NCBI GenBank assembly: GCA_951406725.2
Contig: OX597817.1
Location: 19,902,001-19,966,000, forward strand
Direction: 5' to 3'
From: Octopus vulgaris
Lineage: Eukaryota
DNA length: 64,000 nucleotides
Position 1 is the first letter of the stretch, and each line of letters begins with the position of its first letter. This document shows, in pieces, positions 58,802 to 64,000 of the stretch. The notes beneath the pieces were generated by a model. That model was given only the letters and a program-made list of their open reading frames with translations, was not told the DNA's origin and did no database searches. A program made the translations under genes and the position numbers.

Positions 58802-59232
58802 CAATTTAATAAATAAAACATATGCATACATACATACATATATGTACATACCTACATCTATATGTACATATACATGCATATATGAGTACAGGTCACATTT
58901 TTTTTACCCCTGTGCAAAAGAATTTTATTTAATTGATTTTGCAGGAAGGATTGCTTCAGCCGGATCGTGTTCTGCCCATACCTTCGAAACACACATTGAG
59001 TCGAAACAGGGGTAGCTGATGAAGGGGAATATTCCTTGTATTGTTTGTCTTCTACTCTGTTTTTTCGTTGTTAAAAAAAAAGTCCGTTTCCTTGTTTGAT
59101 TTTGTTTCCGTTTCTCGTTGTGTTCTACGTTTATTTGTGGTGTCCTGTACTCATATATGCATGTATATATACATATAGATATAGGTATGTACATATATGT
59201 GTGTATGCATATGTTTTATTTCTTAAATTGTT
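58801..59232 (+). mobile_element. Repeat family P, copy 3, with ~95-bp terminal inverted repeats
   Basis: ACAATTTAATAAATAAAACATATGCATAC...GAGTACAGG (58801-58892) is mirrored at 59144-59231; the interior matches 23590-23850. Confidence 0.85.
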
Positions 59233-61469
59233 ATTATATGATTGATAGAGTTGATAGCCAATCAAATTAGACACTATGTTTTCTTTGGTCCAACCTATCG
59301 ACTCCTACTTTCATATCCGAACACGACTAAACTTGTTCTTTTAATATTTTGGTTCCGATATATAAAATATCAGTCCAGTCCAGTACATAAGTAAATTCAT
59401 TTCCTCTCCAATTATCACTGTCCTTCTCTCCCTATCTCAGAAAGAAATCGGCTTCGATTCGACCTGGCAAGTGATGGAATCCTGAAAATTGAAAAATGCC
59501 CAAGACCTGCCAATATCACAAGGGCACATTAGAAAACTCTCAAACTTTGAGGTCTGAAGGCGAGTGGTAATTCGTCCCTTTGATAATACACTAACACTAA
59601 AAATGTTCATATCTTGTGTTAGAAAACATAATTTGATGTCACCTTTTATTTGGTGATTATTTGTGAATCAACATACATCTGTAGTTTGTGTAGGCTGTTA
59701 AGGCTCTATTCTTATGCAGAAAGAATAAATACAGATCATTGTAGCGCAGTCGTACAGAATGAAAATGGCTTCTTTGTTACAGACACAAAGGTCAATTAAG
59801 CACCATACTTAACTGCCTTGTTCAAGATATAATTCTTCTAGTCATTCTGATAGTACGTTAGCATGTTCGTTACGCTCTGACAGTTTGTCACTGTTGTTGC
59901 TTGAATCAAATTATTACATGAGTTACTGATGAATGCCTAACAATCCAGAACACATACAGAAAGCTATTTAATAAACATTAAGTGAACTTCAAGGTAAATT
60001 TTATTTTGTAAATTATTGCATTTGCGAATGGCTAGTTTTCTTATTTTTCTTTTTTTGTTAGCTAATTTTCATATTGGTAGCTTCGCTTAATGACTAAAAT
60101 GGATTATTATGATATATCACGATTTCTAGCTTTAGCGTATTTGAACAATAAATTTCTGTACTCTATCTCTGTACTATATATTTTGTTTCACGTATATGTA
60201 CCACATATTCATATTTACTCTACAATTATGCAAGCAGTGTATTTAAGTACATATATGTGCTTGTTTATATAAAGAAAATCTTATATCTATTTATATAAAA
60301 GTATTGCATCCATATTCTATAAAACAAACAACTGTTACTTTCTACTGAGATCATTAACAACCGTTAATGACATTGATGGAATCTGAACAGAAATTGATCT
60401 AGCTACAGATAAACTTCATTATAAAAAAAAATTACATCAGAAATCTACTACAAGAATTTAACTTACATTAATGTACACATCAGAAAGTATTGCTGCATTT
60501 CACATGTTACTCTGCATCGAAATAAAGCTTTAAGTGCGATCCATTTCGTAGCAACATTTAGTTTTTAAATATAAAATAAAATAAGAATGTTGTAGAGGCT
60601 GTCCGCCCCATATCACATCCACGGGTCCAGCTAGTTTATTGATATCATGCATATCACGACAGAAACAATATGATTGTAGTGCACGTTATTCATACTCGTC
60701 CGAGCGAACTCTACCATCAATAGTTTTAGAATGCTTTAAAGAAATCTATAAAATTACTATAGTGAAACAACGGTTAACTTTAACATATAGCATTTCTATT
60801 CTTGTAGCAACGTTGCAAGAATAAAATGGTGACAACGTCGACCTTAATATGGAATAATCTTTCTCCTTTAAAGATAACATTTATGTCCAAAATATCAAAA
60901 TATTATTGTAGGTGTTTTGCATAGAACGATAGTGTTATTGAACTAATGTCAGGAGCTTGGCTTATATCCAATTAGTATTTTCTTCGTTTTTATTTATTTT
61001 CATATGTTTCCATTGAGGTTTGGTGTCAATTTCAGATATTATATTCCATAGCAGTATTTTATTTATATTCTTATGTAAAAACTATTTCTGGATTTGATGT
61101 TAACCGACTCATCAAGTTTTCTATATCATTCTGTTTTTTTTTCTAAAACGTATGGTATATTATTAAACTTTACAAGATTTTCCATAAGTGCTTGTTTTAT
61201 TTTGGATAAGTGTAATTTTTGGTGAGGGATCTCAAATGTAATGTAATAGTAAGACTAGTATTTGGTGTAGCACCATACCTCGTGCTTGAAGTGCATACTG
61301 TTTTACATTATAAGCATGTGCATTAATTCAAAATGCAAAGGCTTAGAATATAAGATAAAAATTCGTCATTTTTAATCAATTGTTTTCTTTCATTCATGTC
61401 TAAAAATGATATTCATTTTTGCTGAAATATTGTAACAGTGCACCATAATTTGCTGCTCATTTTGTTATA

Positions 61470-62319
61470 CAGGTTTTGTGAAAAGTAACTTAGCATTACA
61501 AATTGCTTACAGAATTTTTAGTATCACTGAAGTCTTGACGAAAACATTTTTAAAACAGACAACTCTAATGAGGTTTTTTATGTTCTGATTGTCTTATTTC
61601 TTATATCTTATTTTCCAGATAGTGGGTCAATTGATGTTCAAGAGCGATCTAAGATAGCATCACGTTATGAAGTGTGGAATTTCAATGTTTTGGTTCAGAG
61701 ATGGTGTTGTACATGGAAGGGCAAGCATGCAATACTACGTCCGGAACGATGCAAGAAGTAGCCGTTCATCCACATCCCGATCAGTGGAGAACGTGACAAC
61801 AGTGCAGGAAATGTTTAATAATAGCCCGCAAAAATCAACACGTTGAGCAGTACGTGAAATTGTACTAACAAGACACAATACGTAACGTGTTGCATACAGT
61901 ACTGAATTTTCGTCCGTGGAAACCCCATTACGTGCTGGAGCTAAAACCTGAAGATTGTCACTGGAGAAGTCAAGAAGTCCACAAATCCAGGAAGTCCAGA
62001 TCTGACTCCATGTGTTGTTATACCTGTGGGGTTACACAGAAGAGGTGTACATGACAAAACCTTGCACACCGGAGGACTCAGGGACACGAACTCAAGAGGT
62101 TCTCAATGATATCCCAGACGAGGTCCATCAGAAGGTTGTTCATTCCATACCTGGAAGAAAACTGTTTGAAGCCACCGTTGCTTAAGTTGAAATATGAAGA
62201 TTTTATTTCTATTTTCCCATGTAATAAAAAAAAACATGTATCTTCTGTTTCAATAAATTTGTAAAAAATTATGGTTTTATTACCAAGTTTTAATGCCTAC
62301 TTACTTTTCACCCACCTTG
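61470..62319 (+). mobile_element. Internally deleted Tc1/mariner-superfamily DNA transposon
   Basis: TA-flanked imperfect TIRs CAGGTTTTGTGAAAAGTAACTTAGCATTA and revcomp CAAGGTGGGTGAAAAGTAAGTAGGCATTA; transposase remnants SRSSTSRSVENVTTVQEMFNNSPQKSTR, LNFRPWKPHYVLELKPEDC, PGSPDLTPC, EVYMTKP. Confidence 0.85.
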
Positions 62320-63139
62320 TATATATATATATAAGTAGAAATAAATCCCCTATGAATGAATCTAAAATCAAATCTCTTCCAGTAGAGACCATATTTCAGC
62401 ATTGCAGACGTAGGATTATATAATCAAATGCAGCTGTTGTATGATAATTATAGACTTAACGGAGAGCAGGTTACGTTATAACTCACATAAAAATTATTTC
62501 TGTTCAAAAATGTAATATTTGAGTAATATTTCGCTGATATATCTAGAAAGCTGGGTGATCATATAATGGTCACGTCGTCCTAGATATAGTGCTCTATATT
62601 ATTTTTCCAAAGTTGTTATCTGTGTCGCATATTATAAAGTTCGATCGATAAAGGTTTACACCCAGAGAATATTTTGCTATTGACCTTATAATCATTAGTC
62701 TATTGGCTGAATGTCTTGACTTCCTTTTAGTTATAATTCTTACAATCAACGAAAATAGGTATTCCTGTTACAGCTACATGTTGCTGCATGAAGTTTGATT
62801 CGCAAAATCATTGATTTGCATATAGGAATATCTTGCTTCAGAATCTATTCATTAATGATTCATCTATGTTATGATACACTCTACTTGTCGCATTCTGCGA
62901 ACCGAATGGACTGCTGTAGCAACTCCTAATTTATCACATAATTCTATTTATCCCCAGGCATGCTGATTACCCTGGTGGTGCAAGCGTTAATTATCTGTGT
63001 AGCAACATGTAATATTCGTTTCTGCCTTAGACGTAGTTTGCATATTCCGGGAGTTACTTCCTTCCTGATCGAAGAAAACCCGACCTTTTTGTTTCTTATA
63101 TTCCGTATGGTAGTTAATCCTTCTTACTAATGAAAGAGA

Positions 63140-63290
63140 TTCTTCTTCTTCTTCTTCTTCTTCTTCTTCTTCTTCTTCTTCTTCTTCTTCTTCTTCTTCT
63201 TCTTCTTCTTCTTCTTCTTCTTCTTCTTCTTCTTCTTCTTCTTCTTCTTCTTCTTCTTCTTCTTCTTCTTCTTCTTCTTCTTCTTCTTCT
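63140..63290. repeat. (TTC)n microsatellite, about 50 units
   Basis: Directly visible perfect repeat. Confidence 0.99.
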
Positions 63291-63319
63291 AATTATTCCT
63301 GCTCTTCTTCCACTTGAAT

Positions 63320-63948
<629 letters not shown>

Positions 63949-64000
63949 AAAGACCTAAAAGCAGAGAATCAAGGTTTTTTTTTTCTTGGCTGCCAAAGAC

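Overview
AT-rich, microsatellite-dense eukaryotic DNA with no recognisable host protein-coding gene. The repeat content (tRNA-headed SINE families, CR1-type LINEs, Penelope-like elements) strongly suggests a cephalopod, probably Octopus; this is inferred from pattern recognition, not from a search. Main features: a near full-length but disrupted CR1-group LINE (about 18.8-22.3 kb, +) with a CCCH zinc finger, APE endonuclease and RT; a 5'-truncated but uninterrupted Penelope-like RT plus GIY-YIG ORF (29.7-31.3 kb, -); further decayed Penelope, CR1, R4/Dong-like and Tc1/mariner fragments; a non-autonomous Helitron nested in a SINE; and about 20 SINE copies in three families. The most interesting signals are RNA-structural. 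(1) About eight minimal type I hammerhead-ribozyme-like motifs with covarying stems and variant cores (including U3-A8) sit downstream of Penelope ORFs or in short non-coding cassettes lodged in (TA)n repeats. (2) A three-copy family carries hammerhead core halves in permuted order plus a covarying helix. (3) LINEs and a SINE family share a 3' stem-loop tail with compensatory changes. (4) Foldback inverted repeats recur around microsatellites. Almost all ORFs in the supplied track are microsatellite artefacts. All alignments and folds were done by eye.
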